This document shows, in pieces, positions 29,776 through 39,534 of a DNA stretch of 64,000 nucleotides (within the stretch, counting starts at the first letter, position 1; each line of letters opens with the position of its first letter). The notes under the pieces were generated by a model. It was not told the DNA's origin. It searched no databases and saw only the letters and a program-made list of their open reading frames with translations. Made by a program: the position numbers and the translations under genes. The DNA is from Rhodothermales bacterium (lineage in GTDB: Bacteria > Bacteroidota > Rhodothermia > Rhodothermales > Bin80), in contig OY762508.1 in NCBI GenBank assembly GCA_963665975.1, forward strand, positions 3,357,456 through 3,421,455, read 5' to 3'.

Positions 29776-31095
29776 ATGGCCAGTATCGTCGAAAGTCTGC
29801 GCAATATCTGGAAGATTGAAGAGCTCCGGAAGCGGATTTTGTATACCCTGGGCATTCTGGTCATTTATCGGGTGGGCGCCTACGTGACCTTGCCCGGTAT
29901 CGACGCAGTCGTGCTCAAGGACGCCTTTGCGTCCGGAGACCCGAACAACCTGTTCGGCTTCTTCAACCTGTTTGTGGGTGGGGCATTCCTGCAGGCGGGA
30001 GTCTTTGCGCTCGGCATCATGCCGTACATCACGGCATCGATTATCATTCAGCTGTTGGGAGCGGCGGTGCCGTACTACCAGAAGTTGCAGCGGGAAGGTG
30101 AGGAGGGACGGCGCAAAATCACGCAGCAGACGCGGTACGGGACTGCCGGCATCACGGCATTGCAGTCGATCGGGTATACAGTGTTCCTGTTGGGAACGGT
30201 GCCCAACGCCATCGTGATTCCCAGTACCTTTTTTATGATCACGACCGTCATCGTGCTCACCGCGGGCACCATGTTCGTCATGTGGCTTGGTGAGCGCATT
30301 ACGGAGAGCGGGATCGGGAACGGGATTTCGCTCATCATCACCATCGGGATTATTGCGTTTCTGCCGCAGGCCTTCGTGAATGAATGGCGCCAGGCGCCGA
30401 ATGCATTCCTGGTCCTGTTCGAGGTTGGCGTCCTGGTGCTGGTGACGGCTTTTGTGGTCCTCATGACACAGGGCACGCGCCGCATTCCAGTGCAGTACGC
30501 CAAGCGTGTAGTAGGACGAAAAGTGTACGGTGGCACGACGCAATACCTGCCCATCCGGGTCAACGCGGCGGGTGTCATGCCCATCATTTTTGCCCAGTCT
30601 ATCATGTTTGTGCCGGGCACAATCGCGCAGTTCTTCCCTGACAGTACGTTTATGCAGGAATTTGGAGCACTTTTCCTGGATTTCACGAGTTGGGGGTATT
30701 CTATTATTTTCTTTTTTGTCTGTGTTTTCTTTACCTATTTTTATACGGCTATAGCCGTGAATCCGAAGGAAATGGCGGACACGATGAAGCGTCAGGGCGG
30801 GTTTATTCCGGGTATTCGACCTGGCAGGCAGACCAGCGAATTCATCGACGACATCCTGACCCGCGTCACATTGCCCGGATCGCTGTTCATCGGCTTCGCT
30901 GCAATCCTTCCGGCCTTCGCGGTGCAGCTGGGTATTACGGAGACCCAGCAATTCGCCCAGTTCTTTGGCGGGACCAGCCTGCTCATCATGGTGGGTGTCA
31001 CGCTCGATACACTAAAGCAGGTGGAGAGCCATTTGCTTATGCGTCACTACGATGGCTTTATGAAGAGTGGCCGTGTACGCGGCCGGGGACGGTGA
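29776..31095 (+). CDS. secY: Preprotein translocase subunit SecY
   Basis: 439 aa, polytopic: ...LRKRILYTLGILVIYRVGAYVTLPGID...GIMPYITASIIIQLL. Confidence 0.96.
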   Translation: MASIVESLRNIWKIEELRKRILYTLGILVIYRVGAYVTLPGIDAVVLKDAFASGDPNNLFGFFNLFVGGAFLQAGVFALGIMPYITASIIIQLLGAAVPYYQKLQREGEEGRRKITQQTRYGTAGITALQSIGYTVFLLGTVPNAIVIPSTFFMITTVIVLTAGTMFVMWLGERITESGIGNGISLIITIGIIAFLPQAFVNEWRQAPNAFLVLFEVGVLVLVTAFVVLMTQGTRRIPVQYAKRVVGRKVYGGTTQYLPIRVNAAGVMPIIFAQSIMFVPGTIAQFFPDSTFMQEFGALFLDFTSWGYSIIFFFVCVFFTYFYTAIAVNPKEMADTMKRQGGFIPGIRPGRQTSEFIDDILTRVTLPGSLFIGFAAILPAFAVQLGITETQQFAQFFGGTSLLIMVGVTLDTLKQVESHLLMRHYDGFMKSGRVRGRGR

Positions 31096-31096
31096 C

Positions 31097-31915
31097 ATGA
31101 TGCACCTGAAGAGTCGGCGCGAAATTGATCGTTTGCGTGCGAGCGCAGACCTGGTCGGCCGCGTGCTTGCAGAGGTGGCGCGCCATGTCGAACCGGGCGT
31201 GAGCACGAGGGAGTTGGACAGGATAGCCGAGGACTATATTCGGAGAAGCGACGCCGAGCCGGCTTTTAAGGGGTATCAGGTGGGGTCTTCGAGTCCGTAT
31301 CCGGGCACGCTGTGCGTGTCGGTCAATGATGTCATTGTCCATGGCATACCTGGCGGGTACAGACTGAAGGCGGGCGATCTGATCGCTATCGACTGTGGCG
31401 TAAAGCTGGGTGGCTACTATGGTGATAGCGCCTACACGTTTGCGGTCGGAGATATTTCGGCCGAGCAGACGAGGCTTTGCCAGGTGACCTACGAAGCGTT
31501 GTACAAGGGCATCGCGCAAGCGATACATGGCCAGCAGGTCGGAGACATCTCCCATGCGGTCCAGTCCCACTGTGAAGCGCACGGCTTCGGCGTTGTGCGG
31601 GATCTTGTCGGGCATGGCATCGGGCGCGAATTGCACGAAGACCCGCAGGTGCCCAATGTAGGCAGGCCCAGGACGGGGCGAAGGCTTCGCACAGGCGCCA
31701 CGCTGTGCATTGAACCGATGATCAATATGGGCACTTTCGAGGTGACCGTTTCCAAGGATGGCTGGACGGTCCGAACCGCGGACGGCGCGCCGTCCGCGCA
31801 TTACGAACACATGGTGGCCGTGGGGCCCGAGGAGCCGGAAATCCTCACGACATTCCAGTACATAGAAGACGTAACACACCCCCCTTATCTCCAAGAAGCA
31901 CCGACATATGGCTAA
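31097..31915 (+). CDS. map: Type I methionine aminopeptidase
   Basis: From the ATG at 31097: [20 protein letters not shown]...[22 protein letters not shown]...[17 protein letters not shown]...EPMIN. Confidence 0.94.
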   Translation: MMHLKSRREIDRLRASADLVGRVLAEVARHVEPGVSTRELDRIAEDYIRRSDAEPAFKGYQVGSSSPYPGTLCVSVNDVIVHGIPGGYRLKAGDLIAIDCGVKLGGYYGDSAYTFAVGDISAEQTRLCQVTYEALYKGIAQAIHGQQVGDISHAVQSHCEAHGFGVVRDLVGHGIGRELHEDPQVPNVGRPRTGRRLRTGATLCIEPMINMGTFEVTVSKDGWTVRTADGAPSAHYEHMVAVGPEEPEILTTFQYIEDVTHPPYLQEAPTYG

Positions 31916-32126
31916 GCAGAAACCCATCGAGCAGGACGGCGAGGTAACTGAGGCTCTTCCCAATGCACAGTTCCGTGTGCGTTTGGAGAACGGTCATTCC
32001 ATCCTGGGACTCCTTTCCGGGAAGATGCGGATGTACTACATCAAGATTCTTCCCGGAGATCGCGTCAAGGTCGAGTTATCACCATTTGACCTGACGAAGG
32101 GACGCATCGTGTACCGCTATAAGTAG
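31908..32126 (+). CDS. infA: Translation initiation factor IF-1
   Basis: 72 aa: [72 protein letters not shown]. Confidence 0.97.
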   Translation: MAKQKPIEQDGEVTEALPNAQFRVRLENGHSILGLLSGKMRMYYIKILPGDRVKVELSPFDLTKGRIVYRYK

Positions 32127-32195
32127 CGAACAGGGAACGTTCTACGTAACAGTGCGTCACACATTGGCTTGACCTTACACAAAGACTACTGAGCC

Positions 32196-32312
32196 ATGAA
32201 AGTGCGCGCCAGCATCAAGAAGCGGAGCTCGGATGACAAGATTGTTCGTCGCAAGGGCCGCCTGTATGTCATCAACAAGAAGAATCCCAAACACAAACAG
32301 CGGCAGGGCTAG
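32196..32312 (+). CDS. rpmJ: 50S ribosomal protein L36 (Cys-free form)
   Basis: Not in the ORF track because it is shorter than 60 aa. My own translation is [38 protein letters not shown] followed by a stop. It lies between infA and rpsM as expected. Confidence 0.92.
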   Translation: MKVRASIKKRSSDDKIVRRKGRLYVINKKNPKHKQRQG

Positions 32313-32330
32313 GCCCACGCTGAACGCAAT

Positions 32331-32711
32331 ATGCCTCGAATTGCCGGAGTAGACGTTCCGCCGAAAAAGCGCGGTGAAGTAGCGCTGACCGCCATATATG
32401 GTGTTGGCCGCTCGCGTGCGCGTGAGATACTCGATCGTGTAGGTATCGATCCCAACAGGCATCCGGACGAGTGGACGGATGACCAGACCAAGAAGGTCCG
32501 TCGGCTGGTCGAGGACCACTATATCGTGGAGGGGCAGTTACGCACGGAGGTTCAGATGAACATCAAGCGGCTGATGGACATCGGCTGCTACCGGGGACTG
32601 CGGCACCGCCGTGGGCTTCCGGTCAGGGGTCAGCGTACGCAGACGAATGCTCGCACCCGCAAGGGTCGCAAGAAGACCGTGGCCGGCAAGAAGAAGGCTC
32701 CGCGCAAATAA
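32331..32711 (+). CDS. rpsM: 30S ribosomal protein S13
   Basis: 126 aa: [30 protein letters not shown]...[17 protein letters not shown]. Confidence 0.97.
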   Translation: MPRIAGVDVPPKKRGEVALTAIYGVGRSRAREILDRVGIDPNRHPDEWTDDQTKKVRRLVEDHYIVEGQLRTEVQMNIKRLMDIGCYRGLRHRRGLPVRGQRTQTNARTRKGRKKTVAGKKKAPRK

Positions 32712-32742
32712 GTAACCAACTTCAATCCCGTCAGGCATCGGA

Positions 32743-33150
32743 ATGGCAAAACGGCAACCAAAGAAAGGACGATCGCACCGCACGCGCAAAAAAAACGTCG
32801 TGGTGGAGGCCAATGGCATGGCTTTTATCCGGGCGACGTTCAACAACATCCTTGTTACGTTGACCGACCAGTACGGCAACTGTATTTCGTGGTCCAGCTC
32901 TGGTAAGGAGGGGTTCAAGGGAAGCCGCAAGAGCACGCCCTATGCGGCGCAGATTGCATCGTCTACTGCGGCGAGAGAGGCGCACGCCCTGGGATTGCGG
33001 CGCGTGGATGTCTACGTGAAGGGTCCTGGCTCCGGGCGGGAATCTGCTATTCGGGCCCTCTCCATGGCAGGCATCGAGATTGCAACCATTCGGGATGTGA
33101 CCCCGATTCCGCACAATGGCTGTCGTTCTCCGAAGCGTCGCCGCGTATAA
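32743..33150 (+). CDS. rpsK: 30S ribosomal protein S11
   Basis: 135 aa: ...[30 protein letters not shown]...[17 protein letters not shown]. Confidence 0.97.
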   Translation: MAKRQPKKGRSHRTRKKNVVVEANGMAFIRATFNNILVTLTDQYGNCISWSSSGKEGFKGSRKSTPYAAQIASSTAAREAHALGLRRVDVYVKGPGSGRESAIRALSMAGIEIATIRDVTPIPHNGCRSPKRRRV

Positions 33151-33185
33151 GGCTATCCAACTTGCACTGACAGACGAGAATTTCT

Positions 33186-33788
33186 ATGGCCCGGTACAAA
33201 GGCCCCAAACAGAAGATTGCCCGGCGATTCAAAGAGCCTCTGTTTGGTCCGAGCAAGGCGTTGGAGCGCAAGCCACACCCGCCCGGACAACATGGAAGCT
33301 CACGGCGGCGGCGTGAGAGCGAATACGCCGTCCAGTTGAAAGAAAAGCAGAAAGCCAAGTACACGTACGGCATCCTGGAGCGCCAATTCCGGAATCTGTT
33401 CAAGAAGGCGGCTCGCAAGAAGGGTGTTACGGGTGAAAACCTGCTTCGCTTTCTGGAAGCGAGGCTTGATAATACGGTATACCGTTTTGGGTTGGGCGCA
33501 ACGCGGAGGCAGGCTCGACAGCTAGTCACGCATGGTCACATTCTGGTCAACGGCAAGCTCGTCAGCATCCCGTCGTACCAGTTGCGGCCGGGTGACATTG
33601 TGGCGGTGCGACCGAAGAGTCGGTCCGTACCGGTCTTTCAGGAAAACCTCAAGCACCACCGGCGATCGTTTTCGTGGCTGGAGATTGATCGCAAGCTGTT
33701 ACAGGGCAAATTCTTGGATTTCCCGAGTCGAGAAGACATTCCGGAGAATATCCGCGAGCAACTCATCGTGGAACTGTACTCCAAGTAG
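33186..33788 (+). CDS. rpsD: 30S ribosomal protein S4
   Basis: 200 aa: MARYKGPKQKIARRF...SEYAVQLKEKQKAKYTYGILERQFRN...RLDNTVYRFG. Confidence 0.97.
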   Translation: MARYKGPKQKIARRFKEPLFGPSKALERKPHPPGQHGSSRRRRESEYAVQLKEKQKAKYTYGILERQFRNLFKKAARKKGVTGENLLRFLEARLDNTVYRFGLGATRRQARQLVTHGHILVNGKLVSIPSYQLRPGDIVAVRPKSRSVPVFQENLKHHRRSFSWLEIDRKLLQGKFLDFPSREDIPENIREQLIVELYSK

Positions 33789-33831
33789 GCAGCCGCGATG
33801 CGCTTCGTGACAATCGAATCACCAGGACTTA

Positions 33832-34824
33832 TTGGCTGACATGGGTAACTATGGAATTCAGATGCCGGAAGGCGTCGTTGTGAAACAAGCGAGTGCCTCG
33901 TACGGGCGTTTTGTCATCCAGCCGCTTGAGCGAGGGTTTGGCGTTACGATCGGCAATGCCTTGCGGCGAGTGTTGTTGTCCTCGCTGCAGGGTGTGGTGG
34001 TGACGGGTATCCGAATTGAAGGGGTGCAGCACGAGTTCTCCACGGTCAAGGGAGTGACCGAAGATGTGTCCGACATCATCTTGAACCTGAAGGGTGTTCG
34101 CTTTCGTGCGCAAGAATACGCTGGGGGCACGATTAGCCTATTGCTCAAGGGACCGTGCACGTGGACGGCGAAGGACCTTGCCGATGCGACCGGGGACTAC
34201 GAAGTATTGAATCCGGACCACTATATCGCGACGCTAAGCGACACGGCACAACTCGAAGTAGAGCTTCGGGTCGAGGCCGGGCGTGGTTATGTGCCTGCCC
34301 TGGAAAACAAGCGCACGGACGATGCCATCGGCGTGGTCGCCGTCGACGCCATCTTTACCCCGATACAGAGCGTTCGGTATACGGTCAAGCCCACGCGCGT
34401 CGGCCAGCGGATTGACTACGAGCGCCTGGAAATCGAGATCAACACCGATGGCTCTGTCGAGCCGGATGACGCCATGGCACAGGCGGCTACCATTCTCCGT
34501 GACCATGTCAATCTGTTCATCAAGATGGATGCGATGCCGGTGGCTGAGATGACCGAGCCGGAAGTTGACCTGGAAGCTCAGCACACGCGCAACATGCTGG
34601 CCCAGCCGGTGGATGAACTGGAGTTGTCAGTACGGGCGCACAACTGCCTCAAGGCAGCCAACATAAAGACGATCGGAGATCTTGTGCGGCGGGGAGAGTC
34701 GGAAATGCTCAAGTTCCGCAACTTTGGACGCAAGTCGCTCCTGGAGCTTGTTGCGGTGCTCGAAGATCGCGGGCTGAATTTCGGCATGGATGTCGTGCAG
34801 TATTTGGAAGACGAGCCCAACTAG
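33832..34824 (+). CDS. rpoA: DNA-directed RNA polymerase subunit alpha
   Basis: 330 aa: ...YGRFVIQPLERGFGVTIGNALRRVLLSSLQG... plus a C-terminal domain (ELSVRAHNCLKAANIKTIGDL). The track start is a TTG at 33832; an ATG at 33841 is an alternative. Confidence 0.95.
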   Translation: MADMGNYGIQMPEGVVVKQASASYGRFVIQPLERGFGVTIGNALRRVLLSSLQGVVVTGIRIEGVQHEFSTVKGVTEDVSDIILNLKGVRFRAQEYAGGTISLLLKGPCTWTAKDLADATGDYEVLNPDHYIATLSDTAQLEVELRVEAGRGYVPALENKRTDDAIGVVAVDAIFTPIQSVRYTVKPTRVGQRIDYERLEIEINTDGSVEPDDAMAQAATILRDHVNLFIKMDAMPVAEMTEPEVDLEAQHTRNMLAQPVDELELSVRAHNCLKAANIKTIGDLVRRGESEMLKFRNFGRKSLLELVAVLEDRGLNFGMDVVQYLEDEPN

Positions 34825-34854
34825 TCATATTACCGCGAAGCACGGCACGGACTC

Positions 34855-35520
34855 ATGCGACACGGCAGAAAGGGATTCAAGTTAGGTAGAACGCATTCGC
34901 ATAGGAAAGCCACGCTGGCTGCCCTGTCAACAGCTCTGATAAAGCACAAGAGCATCCGCACGACGCTGACCAAGGCTAAGGCTACGCGCCTGTTCGTTGA
35001 GCCGCTGATTACGCGTGGTCGCGAGGACACCACGCATAACCGGCGCATGGTTTTTCGCCACTTGCAGGACAAGCATGCGGTCACGGAACTGTTTGGTGAT
35101 ATTGCGGAGAAGGTTGGCGAGCGTCCCGGCGGTTATACGCGTGTCGTGAAATTAGGGCAGCGCAGTGGTGATGGCGCTGAAATGGCGGTCATTGAGCTTG
35201 TGGATTACAATACGACGGGCGATGAGACGACTGCCCCAACGCGTCGCAGAACGCGACGGGCGGGTCGGCGGCGGAGGCGGGGTTCGGAGGTTGCCGGCAT
35301 CGAGAAGAGTGCGGATGCCGCGACTGACGTAGAGGTTGGCGCAAGCGCCGATGCGGAAGGTGAGATGGACGAAGATGCGAGTGTGGAGGCAGCGGCCGAT
35401 GTGGGGGTTGAGGCAAGTGCAGATTCGCCAACCGTAGCGGAAGTGAGCGCCGACGCCGGCGACGAGAGCTCAGACGCTACACCAGACGCCGATGAGGACG
35501 AAGAAGTAAAGCCTGAATGA
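34855..35520 (+). CDS. rplQ: 50S ribosomal protein L17 with a long acidic C-terminal extension
   Basis: 221 aa. The core is MRHGRKGFKLGRTHSHRKATLAALSTALIKHKSIRTTLTKAKA.... It is followed by about 100 aa of basic then Asp/Glu/Ala-rich tail. Confidence 0.95.
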   Translation: MRHGRKGFKLGRTHSHRKATLAALSTALIKHKSIRTTLTKAKATRLFVEPLITRGREDTTHNRRMVFRHLQDKHAVTELFGDIAEKVGERPGGYTRVVKLGQRSGDGAEMAVIELVDYNTTGDETTAPTRRRTRRAGRRRRRGSEVAGIEKSADAATDVEVGASADAEGEMDEDASVEAAADVGVEASADSPTVAEVSADAGDESSDATPDADEDEEVKPE

Positions 35521-35551
35521 GGGCAGAAAATTTGTTATTGTGGGGGTTCTA

Positions 35552-35590
35552 CCCGGTGGGCTGCACGGCTCATCGGGTTTTTGTTTGTTT
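35552..35590 (+). terminator. Rho-independent terminator after rplQ
   Basis: cccggtgggc-tgcacg-gctcatcggg forms a 10-bp stem (two G-U pairs) followed by tttttgtttgttt. It starts 32 nt after the rplQ stop. Confidence 0.65.
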
Positions 35591-35662
35591 GGCGCGTCCA
35601 GAGATGGGAAACTGAATGACGTTGCTAGTGTAGGTTTCGTAACGGAATCCATGCCACCGTAA

Positions 35663-37894
35663 ATGCTCCAGGCGTCCACCATATTGCAGAGTACGAGTGT
35701 CACGATCGCTCCACCGTTCGATCGTAGACTGCGTGAGCTGCTTGACACCTGCAACGCGCATCTTCCGCAGGTCGACGAAGACATGATCCGCCGGGCATTC
35801 CGATTGGCGTATTGGGCGCACCGGAACGACCGGCGGGCTTCTGGAGAATTGTATTTCACGCACCCGGTTGCCGTGGCCATGATTGTGGCCCGAGATATTC
35901 GCTTTGATGACATCAGCGTGGGAGCCGCACTCTTGCACGACGTCGTAGAGGACACTGAATTGTCGCTTGAGCTCATACGGGCGGAATTCGGCGAGACGAT
36001 GGCAATGCTGATTGACGGACTGACCAAGATCAGCGGCGTGTTTGCGTCACAGGAGCTGGGACAAGCAGAAAACGTGCGCAAGCTCATGCTGTCCATGGCA
36101 CAGGATGTCCGAGTGATCCTCGTCAAGTTTGCCGACCGGCTCCACAACATGCAAACGATCGCGCCGCTGCCACGGGCCAAGCAGCTGAAGGCGGCTACCG
36201 AAACCCAGATGCTCTATGCTCCGCTGGCGCACCGCTTTGGACTACAGGCCATCAAGAATGAACTCGAAGATCTTTCGCTGCACGTATTGGAGGAGGAAAG
36301 CTACCGGTCTATTGTGCGCGGCCTGAAGGCAAGCAGGCAGGAAAGGGAGGCGTATATCCGACAGTTCATCGGACCGGTAAAGAAGCGCCTCACGGAAGCA
36401 GGATTTGCGTTTGATATTTATGGCAGATCGAAGAATGTGCGTTCGATCTTCCAAAAGATGAAAACGCAGAATAAGCCGCTCGAGGAGATCTACGATGTAT
36501 TCGCCATACGTGTCGTACTTAAGACGGGTGGACGAAAGGGAAAGGAGGAGTGCTGGCGGGTTTACTCCATCATCACGGATCTGTACAAGCCGCTGCCAGA
36601 GCGGTTCAGGGATTTCATTTCAGTCCCCAAGTCGAACGCGTATCAAAGTCTGCACACCACCGTGCTGGGAACGGATGGCCGGCGCATTGAAGTGCAAATC
36701 CGAACCCAGGAAATGCACGAGATAGCCGAGCGTGGTGTAGCGGCCCACTGGAAATACAAGGAGGGTGTCGCAACGTCGGATGCCAAGATGGATCAGTTCC
36801 TGACGTGGGTCCATGACCTGATGGACAATCCGAATCCGGAACAGGCTACCGAGTTCGTACAGGAATTCAACCTCAATCTGTATACGGAGGAAATCTACGT
36901 TTTCACTCCGAAAGGAGACCTGAAGACGTTGCCGCGAGGCGCGACGCCCATCGATTTTGCCTTCCAGATCCACACAGATGTCGGATATCAGTGCATCGGA
37001 GTCAAGGTCAACGGCAAGATGGTGCCCCTTTCGCACGAATTGAAGAGCGGAGATCAGGTCGAAATAATCACGTCCAAGAAAAAGACGCCGAATCCGGATT
37101 GGATAAAGTTCGTCGTCACACACAAGGCGCGTAGCTGCATACGGCACTGGATTAATGAGGAACGCCGCACGGCAATTCGACACGGGCGAAATTTATGGGA
37201 GAAGAAAGCCCGAAGAGCGAAACTTGATGTTAGTCAAAATGAGCTTGCACGCTATGCCTCAAAGCTAAAGTATAGTAATCCGCAGCAGATGTTCTACGAG
37301 ATTGCGTCCGGATTGCTGGACGTGAATGATCTCGTACAGCTTGTCAAGACCGGTGCGATGCGAGGCGAGGATGAAGCAGAACAGGGAACGCTAGGGCAAG
37401 ACTTCGACACCTATAAGGAAACGGCACAGTTGACAGGGCAGCAGTCGCTGCTCATCAATGGGCAGCGGATCGCGGGTGTGGCCGTGGCCTATGCGTCGTG
37501 CTGCAATCCCATTCCGGGCGATGCCGTATTTGGATATACCAGCAAGACGGGGGTCATAAACATCCACCGCACGGGATGCAGGAATGCGCCCTACCTTCTG
37601 GTCAACCATCCGGATCGCATCCAGCCATGCGAATGGAGTCGGCAGAAGGACGTGCACTTTATTGTCGGCTTGCGCGTGCTTGGCGAAGACCGCGTAGGCA
37701 TGGTGTACGACCTGACAACGGTCATTTCGCGTAATTTGAAAACTAATATCCGGTCCATCACGGTGGATTCCGAAGATGGCATTTTTGAAGGGACGATCGT
37801 GCTATACGTGAGTGACTTGCAACATTTGCGACGCCTCATTAATCGCCTGAAGCGTCTGGAAGGCATTCACGGCGTCTATAGATTTGAAGAATAG
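35663..37894 (+). CDS. rel: Bifunctional (p)ppGpp synthetase/hydrolase (RelA/SpoT family)
   Basis: 743 aa with an HD domain (HPVAVAMIV...LLHDVVEDT), a synthetase domain (RSKNVRSIFQKM...YQSLHTTV), TGS and a C-terminal ACT-like region. Confidence 0.93.
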   Translation: MLQASTILQSTSVTIAPPFDRRLRELLDTCNAHLPQVDEDMIRRAFRLAYWAHRNDRRASGELYFTHPVAVAMIVARDIRFDDISVGAALLHDVVEDTELSLELIRAEFGETMAMLIDGLTKISGVFASQELGQAENVRKLMLSMAQDVRVILVKFADRLHNMQTIAPLPRAKQLKAATETQMLYAPLAHRFGLQAIKNELEDLSLHVLEEESYRSIVRGLKASRQEREAYIRQFIGPVKKRLTEAGFAFDIYGRSKNVRSIFQKMKTQNKPLEEIYDVFAIRVVLKTGGRKGKEECWRVYSIITDLYKPLPERFRDFISVPKSNAYQSLHTTVLGTDGRRIEVQIRTQEMHEIAERGVAAHWKYKEGVATSDAKMDQFLTWVHDLMDNPNPEQATEFVQEFNLNLYTEEIYVFTPKGDLKTLPRGATPIDFAFQIHTDVGYQCIGVKVNGKMVPLSHELKSGDQVEIITSKKKTPNPDWIKFVVTHKARSCIRHWINEERRTAIRHGRNLWEKKARRAKLDVSQNELARYASKLKYSNPQQMFYEIASGLLDVNDLVQLVKTGAMRGEDEAEQGTLGQDFDTYKETAQLTGQQSLLINGQRIAGVAVAYASCCNPIPGDAVFGYTSKTGVINIHRTGCRNAPYLLVNHPDRIQPCEWSRQKDVHFIVGLRVLGEDRVGMVYDLTTVISRNLKTNIRSITVDSEDGIFEGTIVLYVSDLQHLRRLINRLKRLEGIHGVYRFEE

Positions 37895-38020
37895 ACTAAT
37901 TTGGAACGATCAGTCAGCATAGGTACTTTATAAAATATTACCTTATTTGAGTACAACTTCACGCACATGTCTCTTTCTCTGAGCTAACCGAACCTCCAAG
38001 TTCACCGAACCCTGGCCGCT

Positions 38021-38389
38021 ATGGCAAAATCCTCTACGACGCTCACAAGGAAGGACGTGGCACGGCGAGTGGCCAAGGTGATGGGAAAGCCTCTGTATCA
38101 GAGTGAACCCTGGGTAAAGGCGGTCATATGGGTGCTTGGTGACATGATGTTGGAGGCAGACCCAGAAGTGCGCATTGAATTGCGCGATTTTGGCGTGCTG
38201 GAAGTGAAAAAGACTCGGGCGAAACCGCAAGCGCGCAATCCAAAGACTAACGAAACGGTCTTTGTCCCAAGTCGGCGCAAGACGCATTTCAAGCCGAGTA
38301 AGCGGCTGAAGGCCGTGCTGCAGCAGCCGCTGAGCAGCATGGACTATTCTATTCCTGCTGGCAGTGCGGACGCGCCCAAAGACACGTGA
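38021..38389 (+). CDS. HU/IHF-family DNA-binding protein
   Basis: 122 aa: ...IELRDFGVLEVKKTRAKPQARNPKTNETVFVPSRRKTHFKPSKRLK, an IHF/HU beta-arm signature. Confidence 0.8.
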   Translation: MAKSSTTLTRKDVARRVAKVMGKPLYQSEPWVKAVIWVLGDMMLEADPEVRIELRDFGVLEVKKTRAKPQARNPKTNETVFVPSRRKTHFKPSKRLKAVLQQPLSSMDYSIPAGSADAPKDT

Positions 38390-38458
38390 TCCCACAGCGG
38401 CCACGAAGCGTATCCGGTGAGGAGTCACCGATACGCGGGCAGTGGACCCTCAGATTGC

Positions 38459-38887
38459 ATGTCCGCCCATTCACGCATTGTCGCGGTAGACTATGGGACG
38501 AAGCGCGTGGGCCTCGCCGTGGCCGATCCTATGCGCATATTCGCGCAGCCATTCGCCGTAAGTAGTCAGGACGAAGCGGTAGCGCGATTGCGGCAATTGC
38601 ATATTGAGGATGGTATCGATGTCATTGTTGTGGGATGGCCGCTCACGGAATCAGGGGAAGAGGGTCCGGCTACGCAGCGTGTCCAGGAATTCATCAACAG
38701 GTTACGCAACGTGCTGCCCACTGTAGAGTATGTTCGCTGGGATGAACGGTATACATCGGAAGAGGCGAAGGATCGCCTGCTACCGCTTGGCAAACGGCGC
38801 AAACGCTTGCCTGTGGACGACGTGGCGGCAGGCATAATCTTGCAGGAATACCTGGATGATATCCGGAGTAACCAAAACACCGGATAA
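38459..38887 (+). CDS. ruvX: Holliday junction resolvase-like putative pre-16S rRNA nuclease RuvX/YqgF
   Basis: From the ATG at 38459: MSAHSRIVAVDYGTKRVGLAVADP...VVGWPLTESGEEGPATQRVQEFINRL...WDERYTSEEA. Confidence 0.88.
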   Translation: MSAHSRIVAVDYGTKRVGLAVADPMRIFAQPFAVSSQDEAVARLRQLHIEDGIDVIVVGWPLTESGEEGPATQRVQEFINRLRNVLPTVEYVRWDERYTSEEAKDRLLPLGKRRKRLPVDDVAAGIILQEYLDDIRSNQNTG

Positions 38888-38931
38888 CCGTATGCTTCGG
38901 TGACGCTTTCACACACAAATTCTATGGACTC

Positions 38932-39534
38932 ATGAGAAACAGACGCGTATTGGTGCTATTGGCCATACTCTTGCTCGTCGCCTTTGCAGGGTGCGCTGGT
39001 TGCGGGACGTATAACACGCTAATCTTCTTGGAGGAGGGCGTGGAGGCTGCTTGGGGGAATGTCGAAACCACCTATCAGCGCAGGGCGGATCTCATCCCAA
39101 ATCTTGTCAGTACGGTGCAGGGCGCTGCCGATTTTGAGCAGGAAACCCTGGATGCGGTTACCTCTGCGCGAGCCCGGGCCACTTCAATCAATTTGTCCGG
39201 TGATGCTCTCAGCGACCCCGCCCAATTGGCGCAATTTCAGGAAGCCCAGGCCCAGTTAGGCGGCGCTCTTGGACGGCTTCTGCTCGTTAGTGAAAACTAC
39301 CCGCAGCTTCGCGCCACAGAGGCTTTCCGCGACCTCCAGGCGCAGTTAGAAGGCACGGAAAACCGCATAAGCGTTGCACGCACCCGATATAATGATGTAG
39401 TCCGCATCTACAATACAAAAATTCGTAGCTTCCCTGCAGCATTGTTCGCCGGTTTCTTCGGGCACGAACGCAGGCCTCCGTTTGAGGCTCAAAAAGGTGC
39501 GGATCAAGCCCCTATGGTTGAGTTCAATTCCTAA
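38932..39534 (+). CDS. lemA: LemA family protein
   Basis: 200 aa with an N-terminal TM segment: YNTLIFLEEGVEAAWGNVETTYQRRADLIPNLV...ENYPQLRATEAFRDLQAQLEGTENRISVARTRYN. Confidence 0.9.
   Translation: MRNRRVLVLLAILLLVAFAGCAGCGTYNTLIFLEEGVEAAWGNVETTYQRRADLIPNLVSTVQGAADFEQETLDAVTSARARATSINLSGDALSDPAQLAQFQEAQAQLGGALGRLLLVSENYPQLRATEAFRDLQAQLEGTENRISVARTRYNDVVRIYNTKIRSFPAALFAGFFGHERRPPFEAQKGADQAPMVEFNS

Noticed and set aside
26782-32312. S14 and L36 both lack the Cys pairs of the zinc-ribbon forms.
   Set aside because: This is the ordinary C-minus paralog state seen in many lineages. It is not evidence of anything unusual without the rest of the genome.
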